From NCBI GenBank assembly GCA_910592345.1, contig CAJVPI010000101.1:1-54160 (forward strand): a DNA stretch of 54,160 nt, read 5' to 3'. The notes beneath the pieces are model-generated. The model saw only the letters and a list, made by a program, of their open reading frames with translations, ran no database searches and was not told where the DNA came from. Origin of the DNA: Paraglomus brasilianum. Taxonomy: Eukaryota. Positions 25,975 to 43,835 of the stretch are shown here, one piece after another. Position 1 is the first letter of the stretch. Every line of letters begins with the position of its first letter. The position numbers were made by a program, and so were the translations under genes.

Positions 25975-28020
25975 ATGCAATCGTTGCTCTGCACAGAAAG
26001 AACAATAAAGGCCCTACTATTGAAAATACAACCGCCGGCAAGTGACGATGACTTGAATCAGTTGATAGAAAGTGACAGAGAAAATGAAGAACTTATCTAT
26101 GAATTATGTGGTCTTGAAGGAGAAGAGCATAGCCATGTTCAATTTTCGCGGAGCAGCACAGATTCAATAGTATGGCATGCTAAAATGCCAGAGTCTTGGA
26201 CATTCCGCGAAAAGCGCTAGCGAGATTGGCGAAAACGGTGGTGGTGCCCTATGTTGCACCCGTCGTAGGATTTTCAGACAAATCATGTATCAAATGTTCG
26301 CCGTTTGCGAAAAATGAGGCAGCGACTCCCATTATCGAGGATATCTGAACATTTAGTACATATATCAGATAAGCAGTGATGAACTTGTTGAGATGCCACT
26401 ACATGGAATTGAAGCTGGATCAAAATACTATTGGGAACTGAACAAACTTTATATAAACACAAAGGCCGACCAACCTTACGGATGTGCCTATTCTGTTCCC
26501 AAAGAATCGAACGACAACATAAGCGCCCTTGTGATCAACCCGTACAACGAATCAGTGAAGTATGACCAGCCATTGAACGATTTCCTTGTAATGGAAAAAT
26601 CAAAATAAACCTTTGAGACAAGCCAATCTTACGTTCAATCACTTATACCATCAACAACCAACTTACCGCGAAACTAAACTCAAGTAACAATAAATTGGAT
26701 CAAAACAAATCTAAACCATAATCTGCGCAAGGCAGAATTTCATAAAAGCTTTCTGAGAAGCTGATAGATCTAACAAACACACTTATCATCAAGTGTACTA
26801 TTGGGCACGCACTCAACTTTCTTGCTGGGACAATATATAACAAATATAAAGATTATATGCAGCGACCTGAACTAATCAATGTGGGTTATAAACTAATCCT
26901 TCATATTGAAAATGATTTTGTTCGAGCACTTGGATTTACCACGCCTTTCATAAACGGCATTTCAAAGGACAACATTAACGAACTTATTATTGATTCCCAA
27001 TTCAAAAATTGCACGATGAGGTTGGTTTTGTGAATGAACAATAGGGAAACGATGATTGAAATACGCTTATGCAAAGAACAGAGCGAAAGACAGGAGTTTG
27101 CCTTAATAATTAATTGTGGAGGATTCGGAATGCCGCAAAATCCTATATATAACATTAATAATCGCGTTATGGTTCTTACAGCAAACATTCAATTATGTCT
27201 CTAGATAGTTTTCTATGTGTAAGCATTATCTTCTTCATATCTTCAAACTTCTCATTTGATATAAACCATCCTTCCCAAGTTGCGTAGCAGCGTCACTTAT
27301 CCGGATGTTCTTCTTTAGATATCTGGCATATTGAACGTGCTATTGATCGTAAAATAAACGAAAAAAATCACAAATCTCAATTCCGCGTGCAAGGGAGGCA
27401 AATGAACAAATCACCTTTATTGATCCGAACTGGATTCCTACAGGAAGACGAAGCGTTGTTAAATTAAGTTTCCTTATTTTGATGCTTCAGGCAAAGAGTT
27501 TTTCTGTCGAATACGATGGACAAATATTGGATCCGGAACTGCTCCTCGTAGAGACCGAAAAGAAATATGATGTTGAAAGTAGTGAGCATCCGTCTAAGCA
27601 GATGCAATGGCAGTTATGGACTTGATAAAAAAACTTCATCCGCTAATACCAGTAGATATAAATGTATTTCTTACATCCGACGAAATATATAACCGCCGCA
27701 CGTCTGAGGTCTCAATATTGTCGACAGAGAAATCTTGTTCACTTATGGGCGTATCTATGGATGAACTGGTATAGTAAGAAAAATTGGAAGCTTTTCGCTC
27801 GATCATCCTATCCAAGAGCCATGCTTATAGCAAGAACGACAATTATAGTTGAATCACATTAAACACAATTACAAATATAATTATAACAGACCTCGTCTCG
27901 ATCATTTAATAACAGGACGCCTGATCCCAGACATGTTGAACACCCTTGGCAATTATACAAAAACAATCGATCATATCCATCTTGGTGGAAAGCCTTCAAA
28001 GTTAGCCTTCTGGTTAAGAT
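25975..28020 (+). mobile_element. Degenerate MULE/Mutator-like transposase
   Basis: Fragments IWHIERAIDRKI (CxWH-type motif) and LWAYLWMNWYSKKNWKLFARS...RTTIIVESH followed by NRPRLDHL; many stops and frameshifts. Confidence 0.6.
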
Positions 28021-29355
28021 GATTCTTTTATACATACCATGTTTAAAATTTTAATAAATACAGTATTATTATTACATTGATTGGTATAGTGTATTATTAT
28101 TATTATTACGATATACACATGCTCTCGATGATTAAAGATCTTGCACGTGGCTGTGTGGCTTACAGTCACGTTACACATATTAAGGTCACACGCACAACAA
28201 ATTCTCCGAAAATCAAAGTACGTGATTGCTATACACTTTCACTCAACGCGCGGGCCATGAAGTGACATGATCAATTCTCTTCTTTACATTGACGCGTCCC
28301 CAGCTTTGCCCACGACAATCGAAACTAAATACTAATAACGACAAGGACCATGAAAACTTCCATTTGTGAAGACATCATAATAGGTCAGCCTCTAATAAAT
28401 CTAGTCTTTCCTTGCCTGGTTTTTCATTAAGAATCGGTTCATCTAACAAACTCCGCTCTATTCTTTTGTCAAATGTTTATTTTACTTTGCTCATAAGTTT
28501 AATGCTGGTTTGTTCTTTGCATCAATCGCTCGAAGAAGTTATGCCTGGGCGTGTCCGTAGTCTCGCAGTTGAATTTTGCAGTCAAACAGTTACAAACGCA
28601 TTTAATTATCCTAATTAGTTTGAAGTCTGTCAATAATGGCTTGATAGAAGTGATTCCTAAAGGGTTTTTTGTGTTTAGACATTTGAAGTCTGTATAATAT
28701 ATGATTCCATGTACATAATTTAAACGACAGAGATGCTTCTTCAATCATTATACCAAACGATTCTCATCAAGAACGCTTCTATCAGCATAACTAATTTCAT
28801 TGTTCATTTACTACGGATATATCATACAATAAGTTAACCGGATGATCTTTGGTTAGTTTGAATAAAAATTTAAGAGAGCGCTTGCCTTTGCTAACGACTT
28901 GTGACATTAGGATTTGAAACTATTTCTTCTTGGCAAATAGCAAGCATTAATATTAATGGCATAATATAAGTGAGAAATAAACTGACTACAGCAATCATGG
29001 GCTATAAATACTCCGTCCTTCTTACTGAGATTGATATCACAAGATAGCTCTGTTAACTCAAACTTCCGTTAATGAGAGACTATGGCACGATCAAAAACGC
29101 ATGAGAACAAGACTCCAAACAATATATTCACGGCAATGGTAATGATAATAGGAAACAGGAGCCAAATAGACTAAATAATTTAATCGATAGGATGCATTTC
29201 CAGAATAATTGCGGTAATTAAAATTAAAGGGTCTTCAATTTAGTATTAATTAATATACGCAACATCGAGTATTATCTGTTCGAAGCTAACCTAGAATGCT
29301 TGATCAGGCGGAAATTCCAAAGACTTTCGTCTGTTGCAGTGTGTACAAATCATAT

Positions 29356-32178
<2,823 letters not shown>

Positions 32179-32710
32179 CTAGAAATGAAAATTTTTTATA
32201 TGCAACGCAATTTTTTTCCCTTAGATACTGTCGCAATGACTTTTTTTTTTATTTTTTATTATTGACAACAGTGTTTTGACGTGAAATGTATATTTTTTTT
32301 ATTTTTAATATTTTTTTGGTTTTTTTATATTTGTCGGAACAAGAGGCAAAGAGTTGAAAAGGGGTTTGAGAAGTGCTGGGAGAGAGGAGACATATTCTTA
32401 TTAATGAGGATCTCTAAGATGATTGGAGCAGACGATTGTTACCATAAACAAACCGTCACCATGAGTATGATGACTATATTGCAAACATGGTATGATTTTG
32501 TGGGGCGTAGCATTAACTTGTATATAATTATATAATATATTGTAACATTGATTATTCATTATTTATATTGAAACTTTCTAGAGCATGTAACTCCCTGATA
32601 CCCGATTCTGTTGTCAATGTTCCATTGCCTGCGTTGGGGGAAAGGGTAAATTATAATACAATGGAGATGACAATAATAGTTCTCGATAAGTATTAATATT
32701 AATAACCCCA

Positions 32711-32744
<34 letters not shown>

Positions 32745-32801
32745 TCAAAACATCAACACAACGCAACAACAACACACAACAACAACAATAACAACAACAA
32801 T
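32711..32801. repeat. (AAT)n and imperfect (CAA)n microsatellites
   Basis: ~11 AAT units followed by a CAA-rich tract. Confidence 0.9.
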
Positions 32802-35800
32802 GAGTCTTGAGATAACCATAATAATATTAACAGTTAATAAAGTGTTAACAACCACAATAATAACATCATTATCATAACAACAACAATAAGCATAAGCATA
32901 TCGATCATATAAATCGTATTATACATGTTGTATAATCACTCATTGTCTATGTGGCCATCACAACGGTCTCTATATTCTGCCATTGTTTATCTCGTACATA
33001 CGCCATCATTTATTATTATCTTTCCATATCCCAGTTCTACTTTGACATGTGTACAAGTACTCATAAAATGACAATTCCATACTCTTTACTCCTGAATTCT
33101 AACTGGATGCAGGCAAGTAATGGTCGAATAAGATTGAATTGACCAAAGGGTAGAGTAAATGAAGACAAGTCCTGATTGGAGCGAGTCATGTTGTAATTGA
33201 AGCAACGAAAAGATTCATCTGATGTTTTATTATTCCATGATGGTGACATACGTATATAAAGCATGCAGCAGCAAGTGAACAGTTATTCGGATTGATTTAA
33301 TATATACATCATTATCTAAACGATAACGTGTTATTTATTGCCTATTTTATGCACAGGTACTTTGCCACTTGAGAACATTTGTATTTCTGTGTTACAGCTC
33401 AGGTTCTCACTGCAAAAAAAGTAACCGAAAGTATTAGCCCGCCAAAATTTCACATAAACCTTATTTATGTTGAGCATGCAATTCGTAGAGAGGCCTCGTA
33501 CGGTTGACAGCACACACAGAGTACCCTGTGAATAACCAAGTCTCGTTATATTCCGTATTACATTCACCCAACACTATCATCACCGTTATTTGTATTCATC
33601 TCATCTATCGTTATATGCTATTTATATTGAATGCGTCTTGTTTTACAACTCTAGCGTATTTGAAATAATATGCACCACTGGCGAGCAGGGTAATTAATGC
33701 GAATAAAAAAGGTTATCATACCTGCTGATCCGAGGGGCATCGTGACGTCGACAGAAAAACGATGCATATTCTATAAAACGAACTACAAGCTCGGGTTTTT
33801 ATTTCATGACGTATCACCGACACATTAATTAATTATATGCAGCGTTGTCCCATTGTCAATATCCCCTTGTCATCTTTATTTGTAGGATCCAGAATGCTTG
33901 TTTATATTTACAAAGGCTGACCTTTGTCCAAAACCAATGGCACGAGTAATGTAAGTGTTGGTACGGCATTTCAAGATGTATAAATCTGATAATCACAAAC
34001 AAATACCACGGTATTAACACAACCATTTCCCGCCCCCATCTCGAACCAATTTGTTTGGTATGAGGTAAAGTGCATGTGTTCTGCCATTCAGTCAAGAGAT
34101 GTGTTGTGACAAAGCAAACATTGCAAGTAGGTTTATACTACATTCTCAGGGTCGCATGTGTCGTCTATTTCACTAGATTGGTTGTGTCCTCCCGGTCTAC
34201 CTGTTATATACAAGTTCCGTCCGACTGTTATTAGACGTTATTTACACATGATTTTATCACGTATGACTTTATATTGCTTCAAATCTCATTGGGTAAGAAT
34301 GTTCGATTAACCAGTGCACGAACATTAATTCGGAGTGACAATCTCCGCGTGTACAGATGGCTTGTTTGTAGAACATTACATTAGTCGTATTAATCAATCT
34401 GATTACGTATGACTGATATCAACTCGGGCAGAACGGAGTGTAATACATCTTGACGGGGGCGGGTCAAGGAAATCTTTGTAAGATGCATCGTTGCCGCCAC
34501 ATCGTCACTGCGCCTGAGAATCGGTTGGGTATCCATCAACCTGTCCTGATTTGGTAACTGTCGGCAAGATCTTAGCACTCAAAAGGCTAAATTTCGAATC
34601 TTTTTGATCCAAATATATCTTACTCCACATATTAATATTGCTCCAGTTGTTATCCAGCAGTGCCCTTGTTATACTGCGGAGGGGGGATTAGTAGACAGAT
34701 TACATATAATAGGTAGGTGACACTCGACGCCATTTGATCGTGCGTCTCTGTTTACATAGACATTAACAGAATCCTTAATGAGTCAGTTACATGATTTCAT
34801 ATACTGTCCATATGGCTCTCGAACTTTCTGTCGTTGATTTTCGCATATCCGTCCGTGTATCCTTGGGTTATCGATTGAATTGTTATCGACTGTTATCGAC
34901 TATGACTACCCACGCCATATATTTTTCTCCAAATTTGCCATAAATTTCTATTCCATTCCTAAATTCCCCTTGGCTTTTTCGGCTCTTACTGAATTCACAT
35001 TTACGGTATTGTCGAATTTTTTGCCGAGATATCGATTTTCGATATTATACAAATATTGTCCAACTCCATCCAAACATACTCACTCTGTTGTTCTGCGTGC
35101 GTGATACCCCTTTACGTAAACTACAGAAAAAGAAAAGACTCTGTTCATAACACATACACAGAAAACTTCTTATTTTGTATATATATACCCACTCTTCCAT
35201 TTTGATAATACCACCTTCCTTTCTTCTCTTGGTTACTGTAGATAAATAAAACCTGGAATAAGTGGTTTTGCAAAAAATAGGGCCCATTCCAACCTATCTC
35301 TTGGGTTCCCAATAGAAATAAGAATATTAGGGTCTTTAGATTATTTAGCACTTATAGAAATCCCTTTGTCCTTTGTACATTTTCCCCCTCCTGTTCCAAA
35401 AGCAAGAGCATAATTCACTCGCTTGAGCTTTCCATTTCACATTCCATACTTTCTTTCACTTGTTCTTTTTTATTACAGTTGACTAGAAGATATATTCCTT
35501 GCGCATAAAAGTGTGTACAGATTTTGCGGTTTGCACAACCTTTCTTCTTTTCCTTTGTAGCTTTTTCTTTCAACAGTTTGTACGATAATATTTATTTGTG
35601 TAAGCAACTGAGTTTTTTCTTTTCTGTAAGGTATAGTACCATACGTTTAGGCTTTCACCAACTATTCTTTGTTGTGAACTGCTGTTATACGTTGTCTCTA
35701 CATAGTGGCCCAAACTTAACGATTTTCTTTCTTAAAAAATTTTAAACTCATCTCCCTCCTTATAAATAAACAATACCTTAGGAGCATTAAAGTTTAAAAG

Positions 35801-35972
35801 TTATGGAGGTATGAAGATTTACTATATTAAAAGAAGATTGCAACTGCCCCGCAGGGTGGGCATTGAGCGTCGAGATTACTGCGTTATCGTACACATTTAT
35901 CAGGCCGCTAATTCCTTCTTTTGTTTTGTTCAGTCACATGAGACAACAAAGACGGTTCACAATGCTTGGAAA

Positions 35973-38516
35973 ATGGTGAGTTTTATCATAAATGGTGCTT
36001 AACACCACAGCCAACTGATACACTACCCTAACTTAACTGTAGGAAGCAGAAAAAGGAGATTTGATCGATCCCGTATCATGTAGACAATTCATTGTTTGTT
36101 GGGCTTCGTTCTAACATGACGCTTTACTCTTTCTGTTATGTATGTTCCAAATTACCAATCTTGTCATTACGTACACATCTTTCCAAATTTCCCCTTCTGT
36201 TCCCCATAGTCCAAGTCCACCGGCAGATCCGGAAGCCCCGCTTCTGTCACACAAAAAACCTCTAATGCCAACGGTGATTCCCACAGCGGCAAGAACAGCC
36301 CGTCACCTGCCCCCAATTCGCCAACAACTTCAGTAGCTAGTGCTCCATACAGTCAAAGTTGGAAAGTCGTGGGAAGTCCACCGAATCGTGTCATTCACTC
36401 GATCCCTCCTAACTCTGATGACCAAGCCTCGACTGGTAAAAAATCTGATGACGATGCCCAGGAACCAAAACTACGCAGACCATCCAGCACTCCAGGTACA
36501 CCCCAAAGACACTTGAACGGAGGATCTGAGTTGACATCTCGATTGTTATCCAATGCTTCACCGTCGAAAATCCAACAACAGCAGCCGAATATTGTGCATT
36601 CAAACGGTGACGCTGCTAACGGTAAGTGGGGGGCCCTACCTGGTTTGCAATGGACGAGTACATCAATTTGGAACGGTCAAAATCAACAACAAGGATCTGG
36701 TTCAGGATCCAAAGGCGCTTCGCGTGCATCTCCGACACCAGCGCCGGTGGTAGCGAATGAAGAGGTCAATAATAATTCTTCTTATGAACGTGATATAGGT
36801 TCCCCACCTGGCATGGGGAAATTGCCTATACCAGTTCCACCGAATCCACAATATCGACAGCAGAGAAGTCTATCTTTCTCCGTTGGACAACATGACACTG
36901 ATTTATTTTTTGGATATGCTCCTCAATCTCGACGGGACAGTATTCCTTATCGTAATACACTGCAATCGCTGCCACTTATGGAGGAGGAAGTTGATGACCT
37001 GCCATACGCCGGTCGATTCCGGGGTCGTTCTAAATCTTCTGCTGCTGCATATGGAATTATTTCTGCCCACCAGGAAGTTCCTCATGCTGAAGATGTTAAT
37101 GATTATCGTCGCGATTCCGAGTATTCAGAGTCCGGGTCTATTTGGAACACTCAAGGTGCTCATAGTGAAGGACCATTGCTACATCACCGACGATCTATGC
37201 CTGGGACCTCTGATTATCCGGGAATGTGGGAAAGTTTTAATGCTTCGGCGCCAACTGCAGCCTATTTGGCGGCTATGGCTTCCACAACGGAACAGGATCG
37301 ATACGAGAAACTGAGACAAAGGAGGTTTTCAGTCTCGCAAGCTACTCCCTATGGGCATGAATATCGATTTATGGACGGAACGCCTGATTTACGTATGATG
37401 AGCAATCGGTAAGTAATCATACTGATGGTTCTGTAGCGGTATTAGCAGTGGTTTAACGGTGATCCAAATCATAAATATCAGCTCTAAGTTTAATGGCTAA
37501 TAACGAGCTCTTTAAATAATCGAATAACTAAAAATTGCAATTAAGATTCAATTTTCGGTTATTATCGTGATACGCATTTATCATATTATATATAACCGTT
37601 ACTAATTGTTTCATACTTTACTTATCCATATCATTGGTTAGCCCGACAATTGATCCTGCCGGCTATGCACATCTCGCACAAAGACGTCACTCAGTCGCTG
37701 GACCAGCTATATCCCTGCCTCAAACAACCCGTTACCATCTACCGGAAGCTCTTGAAAATCTTCACATTAGTAACCACCAACCCGTATCATACACAAATGA
37801 GACGAGCTACCCAAGTATTCCCGAAGACGTTGATGATTACTTTGACAATGACGAATCTCGCACGAGAGCATGGAACGAACTTGGCAAAGGTCTTCCACTT
37901 CATGCTATCCCAACTCACGGTCCTCTATATCTTGTCGAATTCAAAGCCGGACGTACGGATCTCTTCTACGTAACTGAAAATAGTGGTGTAGTTGTGAAGA
38001 AGGGTGATCTTGTAATTGTCGAGGCTGATCGAGGAAAGGATCTTGGTAAAATAACGAACGATTCAATTACACCACAACAAGTCCAAATTCTGCAGCAGCA
38101 AGCAGAAGCTATGAATGATGGACATCGAGTGAATAAAGAGATTCATCCCAAACGGATTTATCGACTGGCTCAGCCTGCAGAAGTTACTATGTTAGTAACC
38201 AAGAATCAAGATGAAGCGAAGGCGATGCTAGTCTGTCAGACCAAAGTTCGGCAGAAGAAGTTGCCTATGGAAGTTGTTGATGCTGAATACCAATGGTTAG
38301 TTTTTTTACGCCTATATTGCTGGCACTAGTTTGTGTAATTCCAATGCTGATAAATAATACTTGCTTATTAACAGGGATCGACGCAAGCTCACTTTCTACT
38401 TCATTGCTGAGCGTCGCATCGACTTCCGCGAATTGGTGCGCGATCTATTTAAGATCTACAAGACTCGTATCTGGATGTGTGCTGTAAACCCACTCATGAA
38501 TAAAGCAAAGAAATGA
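35973..38516 (+). CDS. PSP1 C-terminal domain protein; exons 35973-35975 (ATG only), 36210-37408, 37642-38295, 38375-38516
   Basis: [83 protein letters not shown]. Confidence 0.92.
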
Positions 38517-41047
38517 AATCAGTCAGTTATTATCCGAGGAACTAGACTAAAGCGTTTCAATTATTTGTCAATCGAATCGGTGATCTATATAAAAAGAGTT
38601 CTGCATATCATGCCAACCCCTTCAAGAGGCGTCAGGAACGACTTTATTTTGTTTAATATTTATACTTTTTGTAGAAAGAGATGATTATAATGATTACCTT
38701 TCAATTCCCTTTTCCGATAACCCTTTGTTTCCCATTTTTCTTTGTATCTATATTTTCATCACCCACACCATAATAAACTTGTGTGTTGCATTTAAAGTAT
38801 TATGGTACTCTTTAAAAGATGTCTACAGAGTTACCTAAAGAAAATATCTCTGTCCTTAACGCTGCTATCATTACAATCTTTTCACCATTACAATCTAGTG
38901 AACTCGAAGTTTCTCTACTCAATTGCTAAGCCTCTTGGAACGCATACGTTGATGCTTAGATTTGCACACGGGGAGCGCTATAACAAACGGAAAAAGTGAA
39001 TATAACTATTTAGGATTATATTGCGCGGCTTTATTACTAACTACCGAGTATGGGGTCAAGAATTTGCAAAAGATTTTGCATAAAAGTCGAGTATTAGTAT
39101 ACTTACTGAACTACCTCGACAATCAGTTCTACGGGATACATTAATTTGGGTAATGATAATATGTCAGTTGGCTTTTCGCGTTCAATTGGAGTTTGGGATC
39201 TAACTCGATGAGACGCTGACGAGATATCATATACATGTGCATGCTGTTAATATGGCATTGGCCTACATTAACATATTAATGACCATTAAAATTTGCGCCC
39301 TTGTTAGATACACACAAGTCTAACGCTATAGCGTCTTGTAATTATTATGACTAGTGGGATTTGTTACTTGAATCGATTTGAACTGGGTTTGCTGCTTTAC
39401 CGTTCACGTGACCTACCAACCGCGCTCCCCGCAAACGAAAACTACAAGTTGGGGATTGTCCCAAAGAACCTATAATCTACTATGTTATCTACTGTTAGAA
39501 CTGCCTATTATGTAATGCCATGTGGGACGTCTAATATCCCCACCACACATACCATTCGTGGCGGGACAGAGCCACAAAAAAAATAATCCCAAGTTACAGA
39601 ACGATGGAGAGTGGGAAAAAAGAACAGTGGGACAATCTATTAGGGAAGAATAGGAAGGGAGAGTGGAGTCTAGAAGAAAAGGAGGAAGTAGAAGGCGAAA
39701 GTAAAGGAGAACTATAGTTAGGTACATAGTTCCGGCAGAAAATTCGCTGTTAGGTAGATAATTAAAAGGACAATCTGAGGGGTTCTATTGAGTTCCTCGC
39801 GTTAACTTACTTCCTCACCCACAACTACCGCTATCGACATCCCATGGCTATTGGCCAACCCAAACATTAAATGCGACACCCTTCGCCTCATGCCATATTG
39901 CACAATCAATATGGGACACTGGCCACATGATATATGCGAATGGCACACATTCCTTAAGACGTAGCCATTAGTTTCAAGTGGATTCCGTTATTTTATTATT
40001 GTGATAATATACACCAACATTTTGGGTTGCCTTAATACTAATGATTCATACTGTATATTCATTTTGGTATCTTTTTTAGGTTTTGTCTCTTGCCAAATAA
40101 CATCTAATAGCTCATGTGACTGATAATTTACGCAAACCGTATTAGTATTTAATATCCGATCCAATAAAGCGCCTGGCCTAACCCATTGTTAAAGACTTAA
40201 CGGGCCGCTTCTCAGTGCAGACCTTGTAGAAGGGCAGATAGTTAAATGCAGTCAAATATTTATGTATTATCGTAATTGGTATTTTGACTATCTTGGGTAA
40301 GTTTGGGAGTTTTGGGGCGGAAGTTCAACATTTTTTCATTGAGTAAATTATATACGGTATATTAGGATATCATAATAATCATGTAAAAACAAAAATCGCC
40401 AAAAAGAAATCTAATGGTTGGCCTAATTAGTAAAAGAGGTGAATATCATTAATTGATGTTTGAGCATCTCGAAGAAAGCTTGGATACATAAATTGTTTCA
40501 TATCAATGTAACGATGACTGCTCGTTATAAAGTAATTGCTAACGTTTCCGTACAGAAACCAATTGAATATTAAAAGAGTGTTTCCAAAATAAGAATTCAA
40601 GGTTATCGTTGACGGGAGCATTCAATTCCTAACGACCGATTGATAGATTAAAAAATTCCAATTATGTAAACCCCGTTTTTCTAAATACAGTTACCAAGAG
40701 ACCCTGTACAATCTACTATACCACAAAAGTTATTCCTCCGTCGATCTTTCTCAAATTTGGATTAATCTAATGGATGCTGTACAACCTTCAGCATTAACCG
40801 AGAGTCGAGCATGTCCACATATTATATCCATTCTTTCTTTCATCCTTTATCTCTTGCCCAAAACACACTCCATATATTCCAAGGCTATCCTTGCCACGGA
40901 AAAAACTTCCTTTCTTTAATACCGCCCACAAGCGCTAGCTGAGCGCTTCCCCCTTCATCCTTTCCTCTCTCTCGTACATATACGGGAGACCTAGAACTCT
41001 CACTCCTTGGAAACACATAAGCTTATAGACATAGATCTTCTGTGAAG

Positions 41048-42586
41048 ATGGGATACTTCGGAAATAAAATATCAAGAATAGGTCTTTTAATACTGGTTCT
41101 ATGCCTTCTGCAAGTTAATGCCCAAATTCAGTGTTCGGACAAGTCTCCATGTCCAGAGTCAGCACCTTGTTGTTCAGGTTAGTGTCAAAGGCTTGAAAAG
41201 AAGAAAGCCTTATCAAGTCAAACTTCTTGCTGAATTCTAATTAATAACTCACAATAATGGGAACGCTGTTTAACTTATGCTCCAGAATTTGGTTATTGCG
41301 GTACCGATCGTTTCTGTCTTGGTAAGTAACCAGAATGTTAGCAAAGTTTCATTTATCATAATGAATTTCGCTCACGCTCATTTCTCTTCATTAGGCGGTT
41401 GCAACCCTTTTCTTAGCTTCAAACCGACTTCATGTGCACCTAACCCTATCTGTATAAGCAATCTGTACACATTTGATAAACCTGAAAGATTACAACCAAC
41501 CAGTTCGTATACTGGTGGAACGGATGTCGACTTTACTTACGAGGGGCAACCATTATTCACGGGCGGAAATTTAATTATGAGTCTTGCCAAAGGCACTCAA
41601 GGCACGCGTGTCTCGACTACAAGATATTTGTATTATGGTAGGGTTCTTGCTAAAATAAAGGCGGCAAGGTCTGTCGGTATCGTGACTGCTTTCATGTAAG
41701 TAGGTTTTTCAACGTAATATATTGTCTACCGATGATTGTGTTTAACATCAGTTTTGGTTTACCTTGCTTCCATCAGTACCATGTCCAATATCAAAGACGA
41801 GATTGACTGGGAATTTCTCGGCTACGACTTGCAGACTGGTCAAAGTAACTACTTCTATAGAGGATATATAGACTGTAAGTATAGCATAAACAACCATGTA
41901 TTTCTATATGTTATCACTTAAATATTCATACTATTTAATTCTCAGACACGAAGGGCGTCAAAGAGCCAGTTGGAGGAAATATCTACACTGATTTTCATGA
42001 ATACGGGATCGATTGGTCACAAGACCAACTCTCATGGTTAATTGATGGCAAAATTGTCCGTACAGTAAAGAAATCTGATACTTATAACAAAACAACAGGA
42101 AACTATGATTATCCTCAATCACCTTCTCGTATCCAACTGTCAATTTGGGATGCTGGTGACGGTCCTGAAGGCACCAAAAATTGGGCTGGCGGTGCAACTA
42201 ATTGGAATGCTCCAGATATTCAGTCGCCAGGTTATTTTTATGCCCAGGTCCAATCTGTAGTCGTAGAGTGCTATGGTGTACAGGGTGCGGGAAATATCAA
42301 AGTAGATCCTTCCTGGGGTTCGGTCGACAGCAGCGTGAACAGTTACGTCTATGATGCTAATGGAAACGTTACTATCACTAAGAGTGATGTCACTAAAGTT
42401 AATATTACAACACCACCGAGTCAAGGATTACCGCAGTCTCCTGACCAGAATCCAAATACTATTCCAAACATTACTGGTCAATATGTGGCTGATGCAATAG
42501 CTGCTGCCGCTATCGGATCACCTGCTGTTGTTAGTACTTCAATTGCCGTCTTTGCTGCAATTGCACTCGGTATTTTTGTGCTCTAA
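41048..42586 (+). CDS. GH16 chitin transglycosylase (Crh/Utr2 type) with N-terminal chitin-binding Cys module and GPI-type C-terminal signal
   Basis: Signal peptide; CPESAPCCS-EFGYCG...CLGGCNP; STTRYLYYG; catalytic DEIDWE; FHEYGIDWS; WAGG; hydrophobic C-terminus. Confidence 0.92.
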
Positions 42587-43835
42587 AGCGAACCGAGTGT
42601 ATCGATCTCGACTTTGATTGACAAGCTGACGCCCTTTCCCTACTTTCCCTGTGATATTTTCCTTCTTCCCCCCGAGTGTGGGCAATTTGTAACCACCCTT
42701 TCTTCTAATTTCGCGACACACAATTTACCACATTATTACCGCTCCTCATCTCTTCCTTTTTCCCTTACTTCGATCTGTACTGGCCTACATCTTAGTCTCT
42801 CACAAATGTAATAAAGGCTTAATCGTTAATTAATTTATTGAAACAAGGAATTTCAATTACGTGTACTCATAAATTAACTACTAAACACGTTCATTGGTAA
42901 AGTTCTTTTTTAGATCTATAGCCGTTAATCTTTCTTGAAATAATGTACCATCTCAACACATCCCTTGTTCGTTCGTATTTACTTCGTCGTGAATTGGAGA
43001 GCTTTTTAGCGGTTAAAGCTAGATACCAGTCATAGTCGCTATCAATATATACAGTGTGTCAGAAATTTGTTGATTTTGCTAATTGGTGACTTGTCATTGA
43101 TACTTGTTTGGTAGCCTATGACAAGGAAAATTCGATTAAAACTTGTTTCTCATTTTACTCTTACAAGCTAACATTAAATTAACCAAACTAATTAGCATGG
43201 CATTTGGAATTAAGCTCACCGTAAACTAAATCAATTCATCGCATCCACATTTCTTTCCGATAGGATAATATGACTTGCAGTAATTTTCCACGAAAGAAAT
43301 ATGAGGGATGTAAATGAATTGGATGCTTACAATATCACTTCATACATTTTTAACGCGCTTTGCCCAATGTTGATGATTCATATTCAGCCACTTTCATATT
43401 TAGTATAACCCATTATTTTCGTACACATCAATTTGTAATTATGATCAATGCGAATCTGAAAACGGTTCTTTACGTAATACTGTACTGAATGTTGAGACTC
43501 CTTTGTCTGGTTGACTCCAATGACAGTCCTAGAATATGTTATCAAATAATTGTATAAACTCCGAATCTCTTAGACATTATAGTCAACACTTTCATTAGGC
43601 AGAAATAAATCTCACTAAACAAGTTGTACTGAAAGAGCAATTATTACTTCTCATTACAACATGCTTTTCACGCGTTTTGAGGTAGTATACTTGAAATAAA
43701 CCCCCTTCGTTGTTTGACATACATTAGGGCCATACTAGAATCAAACTGGGAAAGAAATCTCAAGATGACTGTAGTAGTGCAATAAACGGCTTTTTCTATG
43801 CACTGTTATTTATTGACTTTCTTGAATTACAATAT

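Noticed and set aside
32800..34900. Short ORFs in the long PABP-PSP1 intergenic region
   Set aside because: No coherent exon chain or recognisable protein motifs
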